From NCBI GenBank assembly GCA_964106645.2, contig OZ067043.1: a stretch of DNA of 64,000 nucleotides. One strand, given 5' to 3'. The position numbers and the translations under genes are program-made. Positions within the stretch are counted from its first letter, which is position 1, and every line of letters starts with the position of its first letter. Below are positions 12,211-24,530 of the stretch, in pieces. A model generated the notes under the pieces. That model saw nothing but the letters and a program-made list of their open reading frames with translations. It was not told the origin of the DNA and did not search any database. The stretch comes from Podarcis pityusensis (lineage: Eukaryota).

Positions 12211-12533
12211 CAGTGGCATAGCTAGCTGTTAAGGTGCCTGGAGGTGGGGCAAGCCGCCCATGGAGTGGGGCGCAATGGAGCAGGACACGCCACGGAGCCT
12301 CCAAGGAGTCCGCCTGCCGCCTCCCCTTCAGCTGTAGGGTGGCTGAGGGGGAGGCGGTGGGCAGACGCAAGCCCCATACTGCTGTTTCAGTCAGTGTGGA
12401 TCCTGCAGGCACCTGAACCACCACATCACACCCAGGAGGGACGCATGGCTTGAGCACACTGCAGGCCCCATGGTAAGCGCCGCCCCCCATGATGTGGCAC
12501 CCAGTGCACAATGCCCCCCCAACTACGCCTCTG
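12211..12533. mobile_element. GC-rich hAT-type MITE
   Basis: Imperfect TIRs CAGTGGCATAG / CTACGCCTCTG; 8-bp TSD CAATCCTG at 12203-12210 and 12534-12541. Confidence 0.85.
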
Positions 12534-13065
12534 CAATCCTGTATACCAGGGGGTAGAGAACCTTCTTCAGCTCAAAAGTCACATTCTCTTCTGGCCCACC
12601 TTCTGGGGGCCACGTGCCAGTGGCATCCAGGGCCAGAGGCAAAAGTGGGCAAAGCAATGCATGTAAATCTTATATTTGTGCTGGAGGCTGGTTTCCACAC
12701 ACACTCATACATCCTGCTCTGTCCTCCAGCCAGGCAATGAAGAGGCATTAACAGGGTTCAAGTGCACATTCAAGCCAGGGACGAAGACTTAAGAAGGGTA
12801 TGACTGGTAAGGAGTTGGCTGTTAGTGGTAAAGAAAAAGGTAAAGGGTCATCACTAAATAAGTTCTGCTCAGAGTAGACCTAGTGAAATTAATGGACCTA
12901 TCTATATTCCACCTTTTAGGACAAGATCCTGGCAAACTGGCTTTCAAAAATTAGTATTACAGTACAGCAGTACAATAAATGCACATCAGTTATAAACCGA
13001 CTTAGCCAATATAAAAAAATTCAAGAACAGCCTTAAAAACTTTTTTTTTAGGTCTTAAAGATTTT

Positions 13066-13192
13066 AAATCAGAGGATTGGTGGTTCATGCCCACTCCAGG
13101 GATGGCTGTGGGCAGGATTCCTGCATTGTAGGGGGCTGGACTAAATGACCCTTATTGTACCTCCCAACTCTGCAATTCTATGATCCTATGAT
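13066..13192 (+). mobile_element. 5'-truncated tRNA-Asn-like/CR1-tailed SINE
   Basis: ttggtggttcatgcccactccagggatggctgtgggcaggattcctgcattg...ccaactctgcaattctatgat matches the 3' half of the copy at 36463-36625. Confidence 0.7.
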
Positions 13193-13540
13193 AGTTAAAC
13201 TCTGAATAGAACTAGGATTGGATACAACCCCAGGCTTTGAGCTCAGGTACTTTCCGCTAGAGCTCATACTATATTTAGCAAAATTTCAAAATCTGCTTAA
13301 TTTTCAAATTTCAACAATGATATTTTGATGTTGAAATTTGTTATTTGTTACATTAATTTGTTTTGATTAATTTAATTTTAATTAGTAAACTAATTAACTA
13401 AAATGTGTTGTTGCAAATTAACTATTGAAATTACTTCCAAATGCTAATTGCTACTGCATGTCTGTTGACAGCTATTGACAGCTGCTGACAGCTACATGTC
13501 AGATGCTGTCTGCTACTGCATGTAAGATGCTATCAAATGC

Positions 13541-13807
13541 AGATGAAAGCCATCAGATCAGATCAGTGGCTGTTAAAATAAAGGCTCAAGATCGGAACTG
13601 TCGTATTTGGACTAACTAAAAGTATTGGAGCAGGACGAAATAAGAACATAATTCCCTGAAATCCAGAACACGGGAAGTCATTCAAAATAGTTTAATTTGG
13701 TATTGGATAATTGGCTTTTTTAATTGTATTATAATTTGGTGTTGTATTAATGTGGCTTTTATTGGATTTTTATAAATGAAAACTAATAAAAAATATTAAT
13801 AAAAAAT
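13541..13807 (+). mobile_element. Short 5'-truncated retroposed fragment (L1 3'UTR-like)
   Basis: 14-bp direct repeat ATGCTATCAAATGC at 13527-13540 and 13808-13821 flanks a T-rich segment ending in AATAAA plus an A-rich tail. It contains a gggaagtc motif also seen in the L1 3'UTR at about 57760. Confidence 0.65.
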
Positions 13808-15609
13808 ATGCTATCAAATGCTGATCACATCAGCCAACAGAGAACTGTCAAACCTTGCAAATATTTGTACATCAAATGTGGATGCCTAAGATATTCAGTA
13901 AATGTTTGGAGAACATGCATACAGCCAATAAACAAACAAGGAATATTTGCCATCAAAACTAGAAGAGAATGCTAAGATGTGGGGTTCTTTTGTTCCATTT
14001 TCTGGTTCCTTGACTCATACTTTAAGGAACTAGATGTACTGCTTTATGGTGGTAGTCAACTAAGTTGCACTCAGAGCAGACCTAGTGAAATCTGTAGTCC
14101 TAACACAGTCATGTTCATTAAGTTAAATCAGTCAACTTAGTTGAATACTGCACTCAATATCTTCAATTTTCATAGCTTTCTTTTCACAGCTGTGGATTTG
14201 TGAAAGAGATAAATGCGATCCCCATCTTGCAGCCTGGCAACCTAACCTTGGATCAGTGCCCCTCGTGCCATCAGCACAGCTGGCTTCCAGCCTTGAGTAC
14301 AGGAGGATTCCCTGGAAAAGGGAGAGCACCTGCCTTTACCAAGGGCATTGCCTAAGCTCATGAATACGTATTGCAGTGCATATATTTGGTTTTTGGTTTT
14401 TCATAAATCATGTGCTTACAGCTTGCCATCTCATCTCCTTTTTACGATACCAAAAGGAAGTGATTTGTGCAACAAACCCTGCAGTTGAAAATTGTTTAGG
14501 CCTGTTGTCTTATTTATATATCTCTTTTAATGAATTCTATAGATGGACAGCCAATGCTGTAAAACATACAAAGTTCTCCGTTGTATCTTTTCCTCCCAAT
14601 CCCACAGCATTCCGTACCTTTTAAAAATGGCTGTTTTATTGATGATGGTGATGATTACACTCGGACAGCTTTTTAAGTATATGTTTTAGAAAAACTGAGG
14701 AGCACCTGCTAGCCAGTTCCATTTTCAGAATACCTCATTTCTTTTTTCAGCACCATCCTTTCAATTGTGTGTGTATCCTTCATCTTGAAAACAAAGAGCA
14801 CATCTACCTTGTTTGCAAGCATAAGCATCGCTAACTTCTGCAACAAGGCTGCCCTTCCCTTCATTGCATAGAAACTGGGACACCACACAGCCACTTCTAG
14901 AGTAGGTCTAGCATAAATATCTTACTGAAGAATAGCATCCTCTTCTTAAACAACCATCTGGAAAGGCCCTTATTCTCAAGAGTGTCAGAGGAATAAGAGG
15001 GCTTCTCATGGTCACAGCTGTGAAGGAAATGTGAGCAAATTGTAGCCTGTACAACAATGTCCTTGAAAGCTGTAAAGAACCTGTAGGTGTAATAGCAGCT
15101 GAGAAAGGTGCAGAGAACTGCTGTCTTCTTACTGAAAAGCTAATGTCTACCATCTCTTCATTTTTCATGTGAGGAAGGGAAACAAGAATCATGCACCTAT
15201 ACCTATGTATTTGGACTGTGGCTCCTTCAATATTTTTTTTTTTTTAATTGCTTGCAGCATTTGATGGGAGGCATTTTAACTTTCCATCCTGCCCTGTTTG
15301 AATCCTGTGCAAAATAACACAACAGCTTTTGATCCACCCAAACGTGCATCTTGCACAAAGCTAATTGTTTGCATGGGAAAGCTGAACTAGAGAAAAAAGG
15401 GTGCCAACATACACAATGATTCTTTTTATTATTCTCATGATGACTTCATTTACTCACTCCTGTTCTCTGCTTGTGATATATCCTAATAAGTATTTGGGGA
15501 TCTATCTAATTCTGGGTCCAAATTATTTTGTGTGGTAGCACTGAAGATTGGAATTCAATTGCACACCCACCACCATCCTACTTTTATTAGTGTATCCTTT
15601 AAATTTTTA

Positions 15610-17423
15610 TTTTTTTTTAAAGCAATTTATTAAGTTTTACAATAAAAATAAACATAATAAACAATGTAACATTGATCTTAACATATTTTCACATTTTCTT
15701 TAGACTTCCTCACATCTCCCGCTCCCACTTTCATCGTTATAACGTTTTGTCAGCAATTTATCATCTTATTTAAAATTCTTATATCCCTTATATTTCATAA
15801 TCTTATAATTCTCAAAAGGAGCTAAATTTCACAATCTTACTTATTTTCTTAAAAACTTCTAAATTTAGTGGTGCTCAGTTATTTTGATCTAGCGTCTTGT
15901 TTAGCATTCACTCAAATTACAGTACTTTTGTAAATAGTTCTTAAATTTCTTCCAGTCCTCCTCAATCCTCTCTTCTCCCAGGTCACGGATTCTGCCGGTC
16001 ATTTCAGCCAGTTCCATGTAGTCTATCAGTTGTATCTGCCATTCTTCCAGTGTGGGTAGATCTTGAGTTTTCCAATGTTTTGCGAGAAGTATCCTTGCTG
16101 CTGTTGTTGCATACATAAAAAATGTCTGGTCCTTCTTTGCCACCCCTTGGCCGACAATACCCAAAAGGAAGGCCTCTGGTTTCTTAGTGAAGGTATATTT
16201 AAATACCTTTTTCAGTTCATTATAAATCATTTCCCAGAATGCCTTCACTTTAGGGCAAGTCCACCAGAGGTGGAAGAACGTTCCCTCACACTCTTTGCAT
16301 TTCCAACACTTATTATCAGACAGGTGGTAAATTTTGGCAAGTTTGACTGGGGTCATATACCATCTATAAATCATTTTCATTACATTTTCTTTCAGAGCGT
16401 TACATGCAGTAAATTTCAATCCATTGCTCCACAACCTCTCCCAGTCCTCAAACATGATATTATGCCCAATGTCCTGTGCCCACCTTATCATAGCCGATTT
16501 AACCGTTTCATCTTGTGTATTCCATTTCAACAGCAAGTTATACATCCTTGAAAGTACCTTAATCTTTGGTTCTAACAATTCTGTTTCTAATTTCGATTTC
16601 TCCACCTGGAACCCTAGTTTTTTATCATTTTTAAAAACTTCTTTAATCTGAGCGTAATGTAACCAATCTCGCACTTTGTCTTTCATTTTCTCCAAACTCT
16701 GCAATTTCCAATTGTCTCCATCCTTTTCTAGTATTTCCCAATATTTTGGCCATTTAGCCTCCATATTGGGTCTTTTTCGGGCCTTGGCTTCCAAAGGTGA
16801 AAGCCACCTTGGTGTTTTATTTTCCAGCAAGTCTTTATATTTTGTCCAGACATTAAACAATGATTTTCTGACAATATGGTTCTTAAAGGCCTTATTTGCT
16901 TTAACCTTGTCATACCATAAATATGCATGCCATCCAAAAGCATTGTTAAACCCTTCCAAATCTAGCACATCAGTGTCCTCAAGAAGTAGCCAGTCTTTTA
17001 GCCAGCAGAACGCTGCGGCTTCATAATACAACTTTAAGTCTGGCAGGGCAAAGCCCCCTCTTTGTTTTGCATCAGTTAATATCTTAAACTTAATTCTGGG
17101 CTTTTTGCCCTGCCAGACAAACTTAGAAATGTCTCTCTGCCACTTCTGAAAGCACCCCGTTTTGTCCAAGACCTGAAGTGTTTGAAATAAAAACAACATC
17201 CTTGGCAATACATTCATCTTGATAGCAGCAATTCGGCCTAACAAAGAAAGTTTCAATTTTGACCAACTATCTAAGTCTCTCTTAATTTCTGTCCAGCATT
17301 TTTCATAATTGTCCTTAAATAGACTTAGATTTTTTGCTGTTATGTTTACCCCTAGGTATTTTACTTTTTTAACCACATTAAGTTCCGTCTCATTCTGAAA
17401 CCGTTCTGACTCTGTATCAGTCA
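15610..17423 (-). mobile_element. 5'-truncated young L1-clade LINE (ORF2 end of RT plus C-terminal CCHC domain, 3'UTR, poly(A))
   Basis: Uninterrupted 507-codon frame (15901-17424) with VKYLGVNI, LSLLGRIAAIKMNVLPR, GGFALPDLKLYY and the zinc knuckle CWKCKECEGTFFHLWWTC. AATAAA at 15631-15626, A tail at 15610-15618. 16-bp TSD ATCCTTTAAATTTTTA at 15594-15609 and 17424-17439, at a TT/AAAA site. Confidence 0.95.
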
Positions 17424-18814
17424 ATCCTTTAAATTTTTAAGGACTTATTCATGCTTAATTGTGTTGCTTAATCTCTGCTGGGCTGTGTCTTAAACGGTAA
17501 TTGTGATTTATTTTATTTTCCATATTGTATCCTAGCCATATTTAGCTGTGCCACCCAGAGAACATAGGATGTCATCAATAAAAAGAAAATAATACTCAAA
17601 TTATGGAATTAAGTTTTCCCATGCTTTCCGTCACTCCATCCATCAGGCTTCCTAAGGACTTGGTTCTCATTAGGCATCAAAGTAAGTGGCAGATTTTTCA
17701 GCATACCAAACACAGCTCCAATTATGGCCAGATTTTTAAAAGAATGTGACACACACAGAGAAGGGAGAAGTGCTTTGGACATCTGGTCTTTAAAACCCTG
17801 AAGCACAAGGCAGTTGGATCCAAACAGGCACAGTGGTTGTCATCATTAAAGCCATGCTAGGGAAATGGCTGGGTCCAAGAGATTTTGCAACCGTCAACTT
17901 ATTAAATCCTTAGCAAGGCAGGAGCAACGCCGCCGAGGTTCCAAGGTTGCGAATACACCAACACAATGTATCTGGCAAATGTGAATGCAAATTGTCAGAA
18001 CATATGGAGAGGAAAGGGAAAGTTGCTTAGCTGGGGTGTGATGAGGTGGGCGAGGTTACTTTCTTCGTTTCCTGGCATCCTCCTACTGAGCGTGGAAAAA
18101 TCCTGACAGCTTTGAACCACAGTGTTCCACTTCAGCACAAATGGATATTTTAACAGCACTGCCACCAAGCGCCTGCACTGAAATCTGCACCACACTTTTT
18201 CTCTCAGTTGTAAAAATGCACAAGCAGGGCCTAATTAACTTAGGAGCCTCAAATGGTGCCAAGGGGCACTGGAGCCATTAGAAGTTCTGCCAAAATGGTT
18301 TATTGCAGCTTTGGAACACGTTCAATGGAAATATCGCCTTAGTGATCTATGCTTAATATGGAAGCTGACTCACAAGACAATGAATCAGTACCAAATAGTC
18401 TTAAGGGTGCTGTCAGGCTCTCAACTACAGCAACCAGCAAAACAGGAGCAAGCTTCTCCCTTGGGCAGAAAAGAAATGGTTTCAGGCCCATACTCTGTCA
18501 CAAACTTCCTTTGCAACCATAGGCAAGTCATTGTGCTTGTTTTGGAAACTTTTCCAGAGTCTCTCTGCAGAATTGTATTAAAACACTGGACCCGTGGCCC
18601 TCCAGTTGTTGACTTTTGAAAACAAATCCAATCACAAGATTTAAAGTCAAGGGACCATGTTGAATTTTGCAGCTCCTTCTGCTTATTTCACCTAACAGAG
18701 CAGCTCCTAACTGTGGTCTATTAGAATGTATTCTGCGATTGGTCACGCTGGAAACACTGAGTCAAGCTGGTGTAACTCTAGGAACTGAAATATCTCCATT
18801 AAAATGCACAGGTA

Positions 18815-18816
<2 letters not shown>

Positions 18817-18853
<37 letters not shown>
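18817..18853. repeat. (CT)n microsatellite
   Basis: Directly visible. Confidence 0.95.
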
Positions 18854-18856
<3 letters not shown>

Positions 18857-20111
18857 CCCCCCCCCATGCAGCTCTTTTGGATCAACTGACAAATCACAAA
18901 CCAGGACCAGACTCTGATAATATGGTGCAAGAAAAAAATTGGGTGCCCCCCAATATTCCTTATTTTCACAATAATTATTTTTGGTACAGCTGCTTTTTAT
19001 GGACCTTCTCAGTATGACCTGTACAAATATAGGTGATATCATCATCATAATTTTGTGCCCCCTCAGCTCAGCACCTAAATGTGGCGCTGCCCAAACCCAA
19101 CTGAACACACACAGAGAGAGAGATTTCTAGTTTTTAAAGTATACACCTTTCAACCCATTAAAAGGGCCTATTCAGAGCCTATTCCAGTCATGGCAATGGG
19201 CCCAAATTGTCCTGCTCTGACCCATATGCCACACTCCCCCTCCTATTTGTACTAACACCCGCACACAATGAGCAACCACAGAGATAAACAGAGTTGTGCA
19301 TCTCTGTGCCACACAGGCAGGCAGACCTATTCTGTCCTATTAATTTCACTGTGGCAGAGCAATGCACATATTGGTTGCTCTGCTTGCTGTGCTGTGCAGC
19401 CTACCAATATGTTCAATTTCCCCACATCTGGGAACACGGCCTTTGTAAGTAAAGCAAGATAAGAGAAATGTTCTGAGCTGCAGGGGATTTCTGAAGAATC
19501 GGATACATGAAGCCTGTGTGGCTTAACTCTATCTTATAATAGTGCTCACAAGAGTCCGTTTTTGCCGAGGCCCGGCAGTCGTGTTTTATTGTACTAAAGA
19601 AATGCTTACAGGCTGACTCTTTTCAGTTCTCTAGCCTCATGCTGTAAAACCAAGTTCCTTATTGCTTAAGATGCTGCTAGTGAACTTGAATATTATTAGC
19701 TTCTTTTCCATGTATGTGGAATTACAGCTCATATATGGCCCACTGGATGACACTTGCTACCAAAAGAGTAACCTTCCAGGTATGAAAGGCCACAGAAGTG
19801 GCAACAAGTCAGATGTTACGTCCAGAGATTATCATACTAGTAGCGAAAGAAAGGGCTCATTGATGCTTTCGTTTGTCCCGTGCTTAGAAAACACGAGTCC
19901 AAGTGGTTTTCCGCTTATTCCATGCTTTCTAGGTACAGGTCTGAGCAATTTGGCCTTTGTTCTGTCATTTTCCCAAAGAAAATCTGGTCTTTGGTGTTAA
20001 ACTGGAACAAGTAGCAATCAGCGGAAACCTTATTGCCGTTTGGTCCAATTCAGTGCTAAACTGCAGCTTTTCCCAAGGGAAAGCATTGGGGCAAACAGAA
20101 GTGTGGATGAC

Positions 20112-20112
<1 letters not shown>

Positions 20113-20163
<51 letters not shown>

Positions 20164-20165
20164 AA
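20113..20165. repeat. (GAAA)n microsatellite
   Basis: Directly visible. Confidence 0.95.
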
Positions 20166-20229
20166 AGCACAAAGATAAAAGCCCTGAAAAACATAGGCCA
20201 TGCTTATTTGAGAGCTATATGGCTTAAAA

Positions 20230-20660
20230 ATGAAATCATAGTCCCACTCTATTCTGCCTTGGTCAGACCACATCTGGAGGCTGGGTCCAGTTCTGGGCCC
20301 CCAAATTTAACAAGGATATGAACAAGCTGGAACATGTGCAGAGTAGCGCAACCAAGATGATCAAGGGTCTGGAAACCAAGCCTTATGAGGAATGGTTGAA
20401 GGAGTTGGGTATATTTAGCCTGGAAAAAAGGAGATTGAGATATGATAACCATCTTCAAATATCTAAAGGGCTGTCACATGGAAGATGGAGCAAGCTTGTT
20501 TTCTCCTGCTCTGAGGCTAGGACCCAATAGATTCAAGTTGCAAAAGGAGATCACGACTCATCATCAGGAAGAACTTTTGGCAGTAAGAACTATTCAACAG
20601 TGGAATGGACCCCATTTGAAGTTGGTGAGCTCTCCTTCATTGGAGGTTTTTAAGCAGAGG
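20230..20660 (+). mobile_element. Degraded CR1 LINE 3' fragment
   Basis: Frameshifted ORF2-end peptides [44 protein letters not shown] and FKYLKG, typical of CR1. Confidence 0.9.
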
Positions 20661-21797
20661 CAAGCCCTGAAAATTAACAATATAACTACTTAGCTAAAGT
20701 GGGTTATAGGCCTGTAATCACAAGCCACATTTATGCTAATACCCAGACATGGTACTGTGACAATGGATTTTTGAAATTTTGACAGCAGTTGACCCGCCTT
20801 TGAACAGACTTGCTAAGCAGATAGGCTTCTGCAAGAAGGAAGATTACCAGTCAAAGCTAACCTAAAGTCAATTCAGCAGAGATACACTTCCATAGGATTA
20901 CAGGATGGTGTGTGAAAATGTGTACAAAGCATCTTGCTTCTCTCTTAGACAAGCCATTAGATTGACACAGAGCTTGTAGTCTTGATTACATTGGCTTAAA
21001 AAAAGAAGAAGTATACAGACTCGCCCTGTGTTTTCTTACTTGCTCAAGTGACATGGGTCAAAATGATTTACAGAGCAACCTGGCACTGTAGGCCTGGAAG
21101 CCTCTCACATATCACTGCTCCAAGTGTGTTACTTTATTTCCTACCGCTGTTGTTGCAAATGTAATGTGATGGTGCAGAAATGTTCCATGCAATACATCGA
21201 AAGTTGGAGATAGTGCTGGAAATATTCAGCGCAGTACACAAAGGGTTGCCAGAGTTTGTGTGTGTGTACACACACACCCATCATGTATTTAGCATACTGT
21301 GGGACAAACTACAGATAAAGCTATGAATAGTCATGCCTGGACAATGCCCTTTCCTTTTCAAAGAACAGGATAAAGAATAAAAGGGAAGGGAGAGGTTAGA
21401 AATATTCCCTCGACAGGTGCTTCCTCCCCGCCTCCAATGTTCTCAGACAGCTGGATTTCCACACCTGGTGGTACCGTAAGGTGGTACCATCACACCTTTT
21501 CATGGCATTTTTGCAAGACAAATGAGGCCACTGGAGCTTTGTTATACGTCCCTGCAGTGGATTTGTCTCTGAAGCAAACAAGCAATCAGTGCAGAACACA
21601 GTCACATCCTCCATTTGACTCCATTGCTGTTCCATCTGCACTGGCTACCAGTTCATTTCTGAACCCAATTCAAAGTGCTTGTTAGTACCTTTAAATCAAT
21701 AAACCAAATAGCCTGGGATTAGGTTACTTGAAGGACCATCTTCTCCTGCATCAGGGGTGGGGAAACAGTGGTCCTCCAGCTATTGTTGAACTTCTAC

Positions 21798-22876
21798 TGA
21801 GGCATCTGATCAAGGTCTGCATTTTAAAATGAGCTTAAAAAATATATTTATAAATGTTTGTATGTTTTATGCCAGGCATAAAGCAGCTGGCTAAGTACTT
21901 TGGCAGTTGTTTATCTCCTTGAACAGGGCCCCCCTGATTTATAGCAGTAACAGGAGACACGTTTCTCGAAGTTGTAAAAGGGAAATACAGGCTGGGAGCA
22001 AAGGTTACATTGACCCTACAAATTACAGAATACAATCAAGCTGCAAAAACACTAATTAAGAGTTGGTAAATAGTAAAATTTATTGTTTATTAGAAAATAA
22101 TACCATGTGCCTCCCATTAGACTCGAGTCATATTTTCATAAGGTTAAAGGGCAAGAGCTAATAGGAACAGCAGCTGGCTGGGAAAAGGGAGTTGTAAACT
22201 GAAGAGGCTTCTCTCTGAAGCTGTTTTCTACTGAGTTCCTTTTTTACTTTGCAAAGGCCTTTCCTTCTAAAAATCTATGTATGTTAATGTATGAAATATA
22301 TTGGCTTAAATGTAATTATGCAAAGGATTTAGAAAGTAAGAAATGTTAGATTCTTATGTTAAATTCTTATTTCATTGATGGTGTGTGAGAATGTGAACCC
22401 AAGATCTCTGTTACCATGAGCCATCTGTTTTAGCCATCTGTTTTGGAGTGAAGGGGCAATAGGGTAATAGGGCAATAGGGCAAAAAGGTTATCTGGTAAT
22501 TAAGGTGCCTGGTTGAGGCAAATATAAGATATATGGCTACTTGTCTGCCATTTATGGATAGAAGGAAATATAGCTCTTTGTCTCCCATAAAAGGTAATAG
22601 GAAATGGGTGTATCTTTTATGATTGGTTCTAGCAAACAGCCAATAGGAATTTCAACCAGGCTGATTGGACAGAGGCAGCCAAAGGAGGAGCAAGGGGGCT
22701 GGGCTGAGGAAATATAAGTGCTGGCCATCAGGGCTGAAGTGGGCAGAGCTTTGGTAACCATATACCACTGTGTCGCTCATTTATTTGTCTGACAAATAAA
22801 TTATTATTTTAATTTCTCTGTTGCTGTGTTGAATATTTCATTCCAGCTAAGCGTTAACCACAAGCAGGGTGCTACA
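21798..22876 (+). mobile_element. Solo LTR (about 1.08 kb) inserted into a MITE
   Basis: TG...CA ends with imperfect inverted termini TGAGGCA/TGCTACA; 4-bp TSD CTAC at 21794-21797 and 22877-22880; TATA-like AATATAAG near 22712 and AATAAA at 22795. It splits a MITE whose halves lie at about 21752-21797 and 22877-22972. Confidence 0.75.
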
Positions 22877-23707
22877 CTACTGCCATCTTTCTGACTATTG
22901 GCCATGTATGGCTGGGGTTGATGGGAACTGGTGGCCAGCAACATCTGGAGGGCCACAGCTACCCCATACCTAGTATGGAGAAACTATTACATGAAAAGGG
23001 TTACAGGCTGATGCCACAGAAGAGTTCACAATGATGAGCTGCTTTCTCTTTCAGGGGGCAATCACACTTAGTGCAAGATTATTTTTTCAAGTGCTCTTGT
23101 GAAAGCATCCCTGCTTAGCAGAATCAACATTAACAATTCCTATTATTTGGCAGCAGCTTCTGTTGATTCCTCAGAGAATTCAGTGTTGCCTCCACTTTCC
23201 TTCCCATGAGAATTCTGGTACTTCACATTCTTTCTCTCCCAGCTCTTTTTTCTTTGCTTGGCAAGCCTTTCTCAACTAATTAACTTTTCCCTCCCCTGTG
23301 ATTCCAATGATTACTGACCCTATGCTGCTATTCAATATTTTCCTGGGCTTAATAGCAGCGTAGGGGAGCAATTTCTATCAATATGGTGGAAGGGGCAGGG
23401 AAGATATTAAGCTTTCCTCTTCCTGCAATTCCATCCCTGTTTCGCTGCTCAGCTGACTGGAGAACTGCTGAGAATGGTGAAAAGTAGACTGGACTGAGGA
23501 TATGTTGAGGACCATATAAGATTAGTCTGTGGGACAGAAACAGCCCAGATAATGGCTAATTGGGGATTATGCATAATGACCAGAAAATGTACATAATAAC
23601 ATCAATATATGCACATTTTCTAAAGTGTGTTGGGGAAATGTGCACACTTCCTTCTTCATGGACAGATTATGTGCACACTCTCCATGAAACCTCGGGAGTA
23701 TGTACAA

Positions 23708-23830
23708 TAAGATTACCAGACATCCCTGTTTACCGGGGACAGTCCCCAGATTTACAAATCAGTCCCCTGACAAAATCCATTGAAGTTGAAAAGTGTCCCT
23801 AGATTCATTAGAAAAAAACTGGTAACCTTA
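23708..23830. mobile_element. hAT-type MITE
   Basis: TIRs TAAGATTACCAG / CTGGTAACCTTA; 8-bp TSD ATGTACAA / ATGTAAAA with one mismatch. Confidence 0.8.
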
Positions 23831-23883
23831 ATGTAAAAGGGCCAGTTGTCGTGCAACTTAACTGCTCACTTTACAGTCATATA

Positions 23884-24530
23884 CAGGACTGGCTCAAGAT
23901 ATTTTGGCACCTGAGGCAGACCACAAAATGTTCAGCCTCCATGCCAGGGAAGAAGGAGTGAGTGAAGATCTACATCAGGGGGAATAAAGATTTACATCTC
24001 GAACAGGTGTGGGAGAAGGAGACTAGCAGTGTCTCCAATCCACCATGTGGCTGCTGTAGATGCGACATTAAGAAGAGAGATGGTATTAGGAAGGTGAGGA
24101 GGTAGCAGATTCAACCTCCAAGGAGCACGCTGCAGCTGCTGCTGCTTCTGTCGCCACCACAGTATCAGCAAGTGATGCATTCCTTGGAGGCCATATCAGC
24201 TGCCCCTGTGGATCCTGCTGTCTGAGGTGGTCATGACACCTTGCCTCATGGGTGGGCTGCTCCTATTCATTCATATATATCCGGCACCGGGAGTGGCGTA
24301 CATCTGGGAGCGTGGCTGGCATGCGTCCCAGGGGGCATGGCACGCTGCCCTTGGGGGGGAGGTGCATGGCAAGCTGCACACGTTCCAGGACGTGCATGGC
24401 AAGTGGCGAGTGTCCCAGTGGTGCGCAGCAAGCGCCAAACTTCCGGGGGGCGGGGGCAGACGTGATGACACCCCCCCAGATGGCACCTGGGGTGGACCGC
24501 ACCCCTTGCCCCCACCTTCATCTGCCAGTC
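23884..24530. mobile_element. Adjacent degraded GC-rich MITE-like elements
   Basis: GC- and CpG-rich block with ggcacc/gtgcc motifs like 12211-12533. Termini are not clean. Confidence 0.45.

Noticed and set aside
15901-17424. Domesticated or host gene from the 507-aa ORF
   Set aside because: It begins at a non-ATG codon exactly at the TSD boundary, lacks the endonuclease and most of the RT, and has an ordinary L1 3'UTR and poly(A). It is simply a young truncated insertion.
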